Source: Nitrosopumilales archaeon (lineage in GTDB: Archaea; Thermoproteota; Nitrososphaeria; Nitrososphaerales; Nitrososphaeraceae). From it: a DNA stretch of 13,641 nt. The first letter of the stretch is position 1; the number at the start of each line of letters is the position of its first letter. This document shows positions 1-6,562 of this stretch, in pieces. The position numbers and the translations under genes were made by a program. The notes beneath the pieces are model-generated. The model ran no database searches. It saw only the letters and a list, made by a program, of their open reading frames with translations, and was not told the origin of the DNA. The stretch is taken from contig JBIQJB010000030.1 in the NCBI GenBank assembly GCA_044507735.1, forward strand, positions 9,594 through 23,234, read 5' to 3'.

Positions 1-4
1 ATGA

Positions 5-565
5 TTATACGAACCCCATTGCGAGATTTGCCATCACAAATATGAGAGCTACCTGAAAGACTCCCTGGCTCCCGGCAAGCTTGATGTTTCTCATTCCCCA
101 TCTTATTATCTTGTCCCTGTTGGGCTCTTTCTTTTGGAGTTCGAGAAATATCCGTATCTCTGTGGGCATGAGCATCCCAAATCCCTGCACGGAGAGAATT
201 ATGACAATGACCGCTGCTGCAATTATCGTGGGTGATGGAACCGCCAGCATGCCCAGCTTACCTGCAAGGGTTATGCCAGAAGTTATCGCGACTGCCGCAA
301 GCGCGGGCATCAGAAATAGCATCACTGGCACCAGCTTTTTGATTACCTGCGTGCGCGCTTGAGGGTCCAGTCCCTTCATAACCTGGCTCATAACGATGCC
401 CATAAACAGGTCGATTCCAGTCCACGTGCCTCCAGTCAGGACGTGCACGTAATTGAGGTGGAGCAAATTCCCAGAAGCCAGGACTATCAAAAGGCCGGCA
501 ACTGGCACGAGCAGGGTAAGAAGCGAGTAAGGCGAAATAATCTTGTGCTTCTTTTCCTCAATCAA
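5..565 (-). CDS. Multi-pass membrane protein (~186 aa), possibly CopD/DUF2269-like
   Basis: About 5 hydrophobic segments and an HVLTGGTWTG motif resembling the H-x3-G/A-x2-W-x-G of CopD-like helices. Start moved to the in-frame TTG at 565 because TTTAAATA (591-598, minus strand) lies 25 nt upstream and the track start at 589 abuts that box. Confidence 0.75.
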   Translation of the reverse strand: MIEEKKHKIISPYSLLTLLVPVAGLLIVLASGNLLHLNYVHVLTGGTWTGIDLFMGIVMSQVMKGLDPQARTQVIKKLVPVMLFLMPALAAVAITSGITLAGKLGMLAVPSPTIIAAAVIVIILSVQGFGMLMPTEIRIFLELQKKEPNRDKIIRWGMRNIKLAGSQGVFQVALIFVMANLAMGFV

Positions 566-590
566 AGGCGAGCTCCATGCGAGATACAAC

Positions 591-598
591 TATTTAAA
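591..598 (-). promoter_or_regulatory. Archaeal TATA box for the 5..565 gene
   Basis: TTTAAATA on the minus strand, 25 nt before the TTG at 565, consistent with a leaderless transcript. Confidence 0.55.
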
Positions 599-700
599 AG
601 AATGCGGTAAGGCGGACTTTCCGCGACGCATGCTCTAGCCTTATAATGCGATACTTAATACGAATGTCCTTCATCAAGGAAGCCTGGTAGTAGTAAGATC

Positions 701-895
701 ATGTCAAGCAAGCAAGTATGGAAAAAGTGCACATTTTGCAACAATGGCAGGAAGACCTGTTTCAAGTGCGGAGGTAGCGGCAAGGTCTCTCCGGGATGGA
801 ACACTTGCTACGATTGCAAGGGCTTTGGGAGTGTGCTGTGCACCGAGTGCGGCGGCAGCGGCGGCCGGCGCGAAACTATCTGGTCTCCTGAATAG
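701..895 (+). CDS. Stand-alone DnaJ-type cysteine-rich zinc-finger protein (64 aa)
   Basis: Four CxxC(xGxG) repeats: CTFCNNG, CFKCGGSG, CYDCKGFG, CTECGGSG. No J-domain or HPD motif. Confidence 0.8.
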   Translation: MSSKQVWKKCTFCNNGRKTCFKCGGSGKVSPGWNTCYDCKGFGSVLCTECGGSGGRRETIWSPE

Positions 896-932
896 AGTTT
901 TATTCCCGCTCTATTGATCGGCAGGCTGGAAT

Positions 933-1472
933 ATGAGTTCGAGCCAGAGTCTAGAGATCACGCCTTCGCTAAAGGCCGCTCTTGCCGAACTGTATTACAA
1001 GGAAGCCTGCGACCAGCAAGGGTGGGCACACGTGTCGCTCAAAGACATCCGCATCAGTGACAGCAACGTCCTAGTTTTCAACAAAGGTCCTCATAGGGTC
1101 AGCATTAGGCTGATGGACAAGATCGCCCAGGAAATCAGGGAAATTTCTTCAAGACCAGTTAATGATGATGGAAACTCTTACGTGTTTGACTACCTTGCAT
1201 GCAAGGTGGGACAGCAGAAAAAATACGAAGGAGTGATGCTTGCCAACCCTGCAGCGCTTTGCTGGGTCAAGGTTGGGAAAAAGACATTTTCCGACGAGCA
1301 GGTGGATGCTCTTGGCCGGATAAAACTTCCCCTGGCTGTCTTTCGGATAAGAAACGTTCTCGTACAGCCGGGAAAAATCGAGATGAAATGGGAAATGAAA
1401 TCCGGCGAAGAGTGGCTTGACGAGCTTGACGAGCAGAGGGACCAGGCCGAGTCAGACGACGATTATTTGTGA
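933..1472 (+). CDS. Hypothetical cytoplasmic protein (179 aa), possibly degenerate PD-(D/E)xK-like fold
   Basis: Long ORF with ATG start, a T-rich TTTTATT element upstream (898-904) and an acidic C-terminus. Function not recognisable with confidence. Confidence 0.75.
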   Translation: MSSSQSLEITPSLKAALAELYYKEACDQQGWAHVSLKDIRISDSNVLVFNKGPHRVSIRLMDKIAQEIREISSRPVNDDGNSYVFDYLACKVGQQKKYEGVMLANPAALCWVKVGKKTFSDEQVDALGRIKLPLAVFRIRNVLVQPGKIEMKWEMKSGEEWLDELDEQRDQAESDDDYL

Positions 1473-1507
1473 GCCAAAAAAGAAGTAAGAGAGGGAATCA
1501 TTCCAGC

Positions 1508-1627
1508 TCAGGCGATGACTCCCGTCTCTGTCATTAACTGCCAGCAGCCGACGCAATAGTTACCGGTTGCTGTAAAGACCTCTGCTTCTTTGTCCTTGCA
1601 GTTTTCGCAAGCGATGTGTTCTGTCAT
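1508..1627 (-). CDS. Small zinc-finger protein (39 aa), absent from the ORF track
   Basis: Manual translation MTEHIACENCKDKEAEVFTATGNYCVGCWQLMTETGVIA* with two CxxC motifs. Purine-rich SD-like GGAGG and AGGTG directly upstream, pyrimidine tract downstream on the minus strand. Confidence 0.75.
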   Translation of the reverse strand: MTEHIACENCKDKEAEVFTATGNYCVGCWQLMTETGVIA

Positions 1628-1756
1628 TCCCTTTCCACCTTTTTCCTCCTCATCCGCTAATTTGCAGTTCGCGAATTAAATCGTTGGCAGGCAAGAGTAT
1701 TGCAGTTCCGGTTGCCTGTCGCAAGCTATATCATTGCCTGCAATGCTAGCCGCTCC

Positions 1757-2302
1757 ATGGAAACAACGAGACGGTCAACAATGACCATAGCTATTCTGGC
1801 AATCGGGTTGGCAGCCACCCTGGTAGCAGCGATAGTGCAGAACAGCGCAACTGCACAGCAACAACAACAGCAGCAGAACCAGGTTATCTACAGGATTCAG
1901 GAGACCCGGATGTCAAGCGCCGCTCCCGTGGCCCATACGGGGAACCTGCCACATGCGGTTGTGTTTGCGCTGCCACTGAGAGATGACGGCAAGATCTATA
2001 CCGGAAGGGTCACGTTCACTGCAAGCAAGCCCATCGAAGTAGAAGTGCTGCACGTGTACAACCCAGCGCAGGAACCTGACGCTGAGCACGGCGCGCCGCC
2101 TACTGCTGTCATTAATGGCACCCTGATAACCTACTCTCACCTGACAGGCATTGTGGACAACAACTATGTCTTGGGGGATGTGCCGACTGCATCTGGCACG
2201 TTTGAATTCACTGGGAGCGGGCTTGTGTTCCACAAGAGAAGCTCAGAACCATTCACCGTGACGTACACCATCGACGCGGTGGTAAAACCGCTATCCCAGT
2301 AG
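1757..2302 (+). CDS. Exported His-containing beta-rich protein with N-terminal poly-Gln linker (~181 aa)
   Basis: ATG 1757 is followed by a signal-peptide-like segment (TIAILAIGLAATLVAAIV...ATA), a Gln run at 1856-1876 and a beta-strand-like domain. TATA-like TATATC lies about 25 nt upstream. Confidence 0.8.
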   Translation: METTRRSTMTIAILAIGLAATLVAAIVQNSATAQQQQQQQNQVIYRIQETRMSSAAPVAHTGNLPHAVVFALPLRDDGKIYTGRVTFTASKPIEVEVLHVYNPAQEPDAEHGAPPTAVINGTLITYSHLTGIVDNNYVLGDVPTASGTFEFTGSGLVFHKRSSEPFTVTYTIDAVVKPLSQ

Positions 2303-2322
2303 GTCTGGGGTCGACACCCTCC

Positions 2323-2350
2323 TTTTTTCTCAAATCAGGTTTTGTTTTTT
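2323..2350 (+). terminator. Oligo-T archaeal terminator
   Basis: TTTTTT...TTTTGTTTTTT just after the stop at 2302, between convergent genes. Confidence 0.5.
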
Positions 2351-2384
2351 GCGATAACTCAGGATACCCTGTAGTCAAAGACAC

Positions 2385-3368
2385 CTATCTGTATTCGTCG
2401 CCACAATCCCCGATAGCCTCAAAGAGGTTGTCTGATTTTTTGCAAACATCTTCGATCCTGCCGTTGTCGTCGCTGTCAAGCCTGAAGCCAAAGACGCGTG
2501 CATTGTCATCGATGTGGTTTGATATCCCAAGCCGCGCGCCGATAATCACTCCAGCCACTGCAGGCTTGTCGAGGATATAGCGCGTGGCCACGTTTGCGAT
2601 GCTGACCCCGTGCTTCTTTGCTATCGTGTCCAGCGCCGAGAGCAGCTCTTGGAAAAGCTCCCATCCTCCCCAGATGTCTACCATGCGCTTGTATTTCTTG
2701 AGGCTTGCAGTGTCAAGGTCATGGGGCTCAGGCTTTCCTACATACCGCTCTGACATGAGGCCGCCGCAGATGGTGCCGTAGGCAAGCAGGCTAGTCTTGT
2801 TTTCCTGGCAAAATCTCGCCATCTTGACCTCGGGCCTGCGGTCGACAATCGAATACTGCACCTGGTTTGACACTATCTGGATGCCTGCGTCCTTCATTAT
2901 CTGCATGCGCTCTGTGTCAAAGTTGGTCAGGCCGACGTTCCTTATCTTGCCCTCGATCCTAAGATCCGACAGGTACTTTAGCGCGTCAATGTAGTACGGG
3001 TTGTTGTAGTCCCACCAGTGGAACTGCACAAGGTCAAGGGCGTTCACTCTCATGCGCCTGAGCGAGCGCTCGATGCTTGCCTGCGCGATCTGCTTTGTTA
3101 TCCGTTGGGGCTCTGGCACCCACTTTGTAAGGGCCTGCATTTTTTGCCGCTCGTCTTCCGGCAGCCTCTGCCTGAATTCTCCGACAAAATCCTCAGCTGG
3201 GCCGTAAATGTCGGCAAGGTCCCACGTGGTAAATCCCGCATCGTGATATTTTCTCATGTCCTCCACCGCGGCCTGCGGATTGATGCGCCCGTGCGCCCCT
3301 GCAACCTGCCACATGCCGTTGAGGACCCTGCAGATCTTTAACCCCGGTGCCAGCTCGTAGTGTTCCAT
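2385..3368 (-). CDS. Aldo/keto reductase family oxidoreductase (327 aa)
   Basis: AKR motifs: GMWQ, WDLADIYG (catalytic Asp and Tyr), LTKW (Lys), LDLVQFHWW (His), GKIRNVGLTNF, NQVQYS, VIIGA. Confidence 0.95.
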   Translation of the reverse strand: MEHYELAPGLKICRVLNGMWQVAGAHGRINPQAAVEDMRKYHDAGFTTWDLADIYGPAEDFVGEFRQRLPEDERQKMQALTKWVPEPQRITKQIAQASIERSLRRMRVNALDLVQFHWWDYNNPYYIDALKYLSDLRIEGKIRNVGLTNFDTERMQIMKDAGIQIVSNQVQYSIVDRRPEVKMARFCQENKTSLLAYGTICGGLMSERYVGKPEPHDLDTASLKKYKRMVDIWGGWELFQELLSALDTIAKKHGVSIANVATRYILDKPAVAGVIIGARLGISNHIDDNARVFGFRLDSDDNGRIEDVCKKSDNLFEAIGDCGDEYR

Positions 3369-3493
3369 CTCTCTATCTCACTATCTCACTCTTCTCGCAA
3401 CCATTTCCATGATAAATCTTACCCGTTTTGTTGTAAGCTAACTTGCAGCATTGAAAATGTTGACTCTTTTATTTTTCAAACAATCGTTACAGT

Positions 3494-3898
3494 GGATGTT
3501 GCGCAAAACGAAAGCATGGCGCAACATACACCTGCAGACAGCAACGAATGAAAAACCATGGCTGATGGCGCTGAATAGGAAAGACCCAGATGTTGACGTA
3601 CGTACGTAAGTTGAGCGCAGAGATATTGCTGAGGGTGCTGTAAGGGAAGAGGGTAACGGAAATGTCGCGGTATAAACAGGGATGGCACGGGCCGGAGCAC
3701 ACAGCCGTCAATGGATGGCAAGGTTAGCCGGCCAGTTGCAACCGTGCGATCCCGAAAAAGCTGCAGGTGATGAAGCGTTCACGCATTTCGGTTGTAATCT
3801 GAACGTACGAAAGTAAGCAACGAGGAAAAACACACAAGAAAAAGAGGGATGCGCTGGCCCGCAATGACGTGCATTGGGCGGGTCGGCAGTTCATCCCC
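3494..3898 (+). ncRNA. Candidate large structured non-coding RNA (~400 nt), family unrecognised
   Basis: No convincing ORF. Stems at 3496-3504/3519-3527, 3529-3537/3761-3769, 3679-3690/3742-3753, 3775-3781/3800-3806 and 3846-3862/3878-3897, with A-rich linkers. G-U wobbles favour the + strand. Boundaries inferred. Confidence 0.5.
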
Positions 3899-3923
3899 AA
3901 TCAAAATTATAAAATTGTTCTAT

Positions 3924-4076
3924 CTAGTGGTGATGGCCACCGCAGCCACATCCACCCATGCCGTGGTGTCCGCCAGATGATGACATCGACGCACATGAGG
4001 GGCACTTGCTGGAACCGTTCTCGGACATGAACATGACGCCGCATGAGGCGCACTTTGTCTTTTGCAATCCTTGCAT
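3924..4076 (-). CDS. Small zinc-ribbon protein with Gly/His/Cys-rich tail (50 aa), absent from the ORF track
   Basis: Manual translation MQGLQKTKCASCGVMFMSENGSSKCPSCASMSSSGGHHGMGGCGCGGHHH*. A TATA-like TAATATT (4099-4105, minus) overlaps the upstream gene's stop codon, about 23 nt before the ATG. Confidence 0.8.
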   Translation of the reverse strand: MQGLQKTKCASCGVMFMSENGSSKCPSCASMSSSGGHHGMGGCGCGGHHH

Positions 4077-4102
4077 GCACTCATGCTGCAACCGCTAGAA
4101 TA

Positions 4103-4834
4103 TTAACCACTCGTCGTTCTCTGGATCGCAAGCAGGCTCTTTCGAAAGAGTGAGACTAGGAGCATGGCGTCCTTTTCCGTGGGAGTGCCCTTTGCCAGGA
4201 GCTTTTTGACCGCCGCCTCAAGCAGGGGCTTTTTGTGAAGGTCATAATTGCTGGCATCTGCAACCTTGCCCACATACTGGAGCACAAGGTCAGTGTCACA
4301 CTGCGACGCAGGCCTCATGTTCTTCTTTGTCTTTCTTGCCGGCAACCCTGGCTCCTGCTTTGAAATTTCATACAGGATCACAGCAAGAGCATGGGACACG
4401 TTCATTGTGCGGTATCTTGTTTTTGTGTCAACCAGCGCCACGAGGTCGCACATCGCTAACTCTTCGTTGTTGAGACCCGAAGCTTCCCTGCCAAGCAGTA
4501 TGCAAAATTTCTTGCCGCTGCTTTCGTGGACTATTCTGGACAGCTCCTCCGCGCAAATGGATTCGCGCAGGACGTTGAGCCGGCTTGTGGCCTGTATTGC
4601 AGTCGTTCCAACGAGCACGTCAAATTTTTTCCTCAGTTGCTTTAGAGAGACTGTCTTTGCAGACGCGAGGATGCCCTTGCCATGCGTAGAATATCTTACA
4701 GCCTCGTCCATGTCAAAGTCCGGATTGACAAAGTACAACTTTCTGTGACCAAAATTCTTCATCAGTCGTGCAACGTGGCCGACATTGATGTGCCCGTGAG
4801 GCTCCACCAGTGCGACTGCTATCACCGCTATCAC
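4103..4834 (-). CDS. trmJ: SPOUT-family RNA 2'-O-methyltransferase, TrmJ/TrmH group 1 (~243 aa)
   Basis: Motifs LVEP..INVGHVARLMKNFG, LLGREASGL and TMNVSHALAVILYE. Start placed at GTG 4834 (alternative 4825), downstream of ATAAAT at 4855-4860 on the minus strand. Confidence 0.88.
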   Translation of the reverse strand: MIAVIAVALVEPHGHINVGHVARLMKNFGHRKLYFVNPDFDMDEAVRYSTHGKGILASAKTVSLKQLRKKFDVLVGTTAIQATSRLNVLRESICAEELSRIVHESSGKKFCILLGREASGLNNEELAMCDLVALVDTKTRYRTMNVSHALAVILYEISKQEPGLPARKTKKNMRPASQCDTDLVLQYVGKVADASNYDLHKKPLLEAAVKKLLAKGTPTEKDAMLLVSLFRKSLLAIQRTTSG

Positions 4835-4996
4835 TACGCAAAATCCCGCCGCCCATTTATGCTTTTGACTTTTTTCCAAAATTATTCGTGATGCTCGAAC
4901 ACACGGATATTTGTAGACATGGCTGAAGCTGCAGCAGATCTATTTGTGGTGGCGTTGCAAAGGATACTGGTGTAAAAGAAACGAAGGGCTAACTTG

Positions 4997-5149
4997 CTAG
5001 CGTGGTATTTCCCTGCGCGGTACCTCCTTGAAATACCCGCATTGGCAAATTAGTACTGCAGAGCGGCTTTCAATTTCGTGCTCTGCAATGCAGACGGCCT
5101 CGGACGCAGACCTTCCGCAATTCGGACACTCCTTACGGATGGTTCTCAA
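4997..5149 (-). CDS. Small CPxCG zinc-ribbon protein (50 aa), absent from the ORF track
   Basis: Manual translation from TTG: MRTIRKECPNCGRSASEAVCIAEHEIESRSAVLICQCGYFKEVPRREIPR*. CPNCG and CQCGY knuckles. An in-frame TAG just upstream limits the start to this TTG. Confidence 0.7.
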   Translation of the reverse strand: MRTIRKECPNCGRSASEAVCIAEHEIESRSAVLICQCGYFKEVPRREIPR

Positions 5150-5284
5150 GGGTTGTGTAGCCTAGCCTTCACTTCCGCGTCTTTATGATTTATGAATGGA
5201 TGTTCTAGTTTATTGTACTAAACGTTTTTGACCTTATTAAGGAACGTTCGGCGATAGTGGTAAAGTGAGAGTGTGGCTACTAAT

Positions 5285-5809
5285 TCATGCGTAAAACGCC
5301 GCTAGTGCCTCATCTATTCTCTCTTCAGGCACTCCGAAAAACTCGAATGCATCTTTTCTGGTTGCAACTTGAAGGTTGGAGTTTGATGTAGCCTTCAGGT
5401 ACGCATCTGACGCCCCTTCCATGATTGGTCTGGCATATGCATTCCACTGCGCAAGGCTCTCCTGCTCAGGGTTCTTCAAGATGGCAGCCAGCCTTGCAAA
5501 GGCTGCTATTGCAGCGACTCTGTATTTTTGAAGCATCATCTTGCGCTGATCATTATCGGGAAGCGACGGAACAAGCGAGCACATGCGGAACTGATATTCG
5601 TCAAGGTTCTTGGCTATGCTTGCAGCCTGCCCTATTGCTGGCATGCTTTTTCTCGCGGCCCTCATGTCTTGCACTGACGTTGCCTCAAAAATGCCCGACA
5701 TGCCTCTGATGCTCAGGTCAGGAGAGGTCACACCGTCTCCTGATAGGACCCTGGTACAGCCAGAGCCAGCCAGGTGTCTTGAGACTATTGCGCTTAGGAT
5801 CGACGCCAA
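5285..5809 (-). CDS. Hypothetical protein (174 aa)
   Basis: Long ORF with TTG start, helical-looking composition and TTTTTAAT upstream (5843-5850, minus). No motif recognised. Confidence 0.7.
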   Translation of the reverse strand: MASILSAIVSRHLAGSGCTRVLSGDGVTSPDLSIRGMSGIFEATSVQDMRAARKSMPAIGQAASIAKNLDEYQFRMCSLVPSLPDNDQRKMMLQKYRVAAIAAFARLAAILKNPEQESLAQWNAYARPIMEGASDAYLKATSNSNLQVATRKDAFEFFGVPEERIDEALAAFYA

Positions 5810-6048
5810 TTCTTTGTCTTCTTGATAGTGGCGATGCCGGACATTAAAAATGGTATGATGATGAAAAATGATAATCCTGGCACAAGTGGCTTGAGCTGCA
5901 ATTTCTTTTGCAAACTATCTGCGATTGGAATCACGCGCTCATTCCTTATGGTTTTTGTTTCAACCACGCCTTCAGGCAGAATCACTTTTTTTCTCGCTGC
6001 CATCTTGTCGAACGAAACTAAAATTCGCATCTTGCGTGCGTTGCTCAA
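5794..6048 (-). pseudogene. Probable 5' remnant of tnpB running on into host intergenic DNA
   Basis: The TTG start overlaps the tnpA TGA (TTGA, 6045-6048), the usual tnpA-tnpB coupling. The basic N-terminus TKTIRNERVIP..LQKKL loosely resembles the first strand of TnpB/Cas12f. There is no RuvC or zinc finger, and the last ~30 codons cross the next gene's promoter. Confidence 0.4.
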
Positions 6049-6449
6049 ACTTCGCGTTTCTGCTCTTCAACATACTTTTTGATTACGTCCATTGAAACAT
6101 GACCGTATGTCGATACAAAATAGCTTCTGGTCCAGAGGGTTGGCAACCTCGTTCTCAGCTCAGGAAATTCCTGTCTCAGAATGCGAAATGTATAACCCTT
6201 CAAATTGGAAACAATTCTGTTAGGAGTGTGAATTGGCTGTGCTTCGAGGAATATGTGGACGTGGTCCGGTTTTATTTCCAAAGAAACTAGTTTACAACCT
6301 ATTTCCTTGACTCTTTCTAGCAACAGTGCCCTCAATCGCTTTTCAATGTTGCCAACCAGAACTTTTCTTCTATACTTTGCACACCAGACAAAATGGTAGT
6401 TCATGAAGTGAACCGAAGTCTCTGATTTGCTGTAGCCTTTTGGCAACAT
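6045..6449 (-). CDS. tnpA: IS200/IS605 family HUH (Y1) transposase (134 aa)
   Basis: YHFVWCAKYRRKVL, HUH motif PDHVHIF, LKG, LWTRSYFVST and catalytic Tyr in IKKYVEEQK. ATG 6449 is preceded by ATATATAC about 20 nt upstream. Confidence 0.96.
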   Translation of the reverse strand: MLPKGYSKSETSVHFMNYHFVWCAKYRRKVLVGNIEKRLRALLLERVKEIGCKLVSLEIKPDHVHIFLEAQPIHTPNRIVSNLKGYTFRILRQEFPELRTRLPTLWTRSYFVSTYGHVSMDVIKKYVEEQKREV

Positions 6450-6508
6450 CGGCTTAGATGTCTGGTATGTATATATGATTTTCTGATAAGCGACTGCGAC
6501 TGCGAATG

Positions 6509-6562
6509 AGAAGCAAATCTCCATCCTGCGCGTAAACGACACGAAGTTCTTGTTTGCCTTCT
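6509..6562 (-). repeat. IS200/IS605 left-end subterminal imperfect palindrome
   Basis: Minus strand CTTCGTGTCGT-TT-ACGCGCAGG (6525-6546) forms a bulged hairpin with a CGTTTACG apex, enclosed by the inverted repeat AGAAGCAAA (6509-6517) / TTTGCCTTCT (6553-6562). Confidence 0.65.

Noticed and set aside
81-610. Track ORFs 81..362 and 359..610 (+)
   Set aside because: Antisense shadows of the membrane-protein gene. The same applies to the short ORFs nested within or opposite the AKR, trmJ, tnpA, 9699..10763 and coxA genes.
3360-3721. Track ORFs 3360..3551 (+), 3476..3721 (-) and 3487..3711 (-)
   Set aside because: Mutually overlapping, no protein-like motifs, and better explained by RNA structure.
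3767-3812. Hammerhead-like GTGATGA-stem-CGAAA, or a C/D box guide RNA
   Set aside because: The core needs CUGAUGA and flanking stems I and III, which are absent. Only 25 nt separate box C from CTGA (3799-3802), too short for a two-guide C/D sRNA.
3494-3898. RNase P RNA, SRP RNA, group I/II intron or cobalamin riboswitch as the identity of the structured region
   Set aside because: Only fragments match (TAGGAAAGACCC, GGGAAG, GCATGGCGC). I found no 3' P4 strand (ACAGAA...TTA), SRP helix 8 motif, intron domain V or P7 core, or B12 box.
6490-6505. Tandem GCGACT repeat
   Set aside because: Under three units with no spacers, so not CRISPR or iteron-like.
6450-6542. 31-codon N-terminal extension of TnpA in the ORF track
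   Set aside because: It runs through the TATA box and left-end hairpin. TnpA homology begins after ATG 6449.
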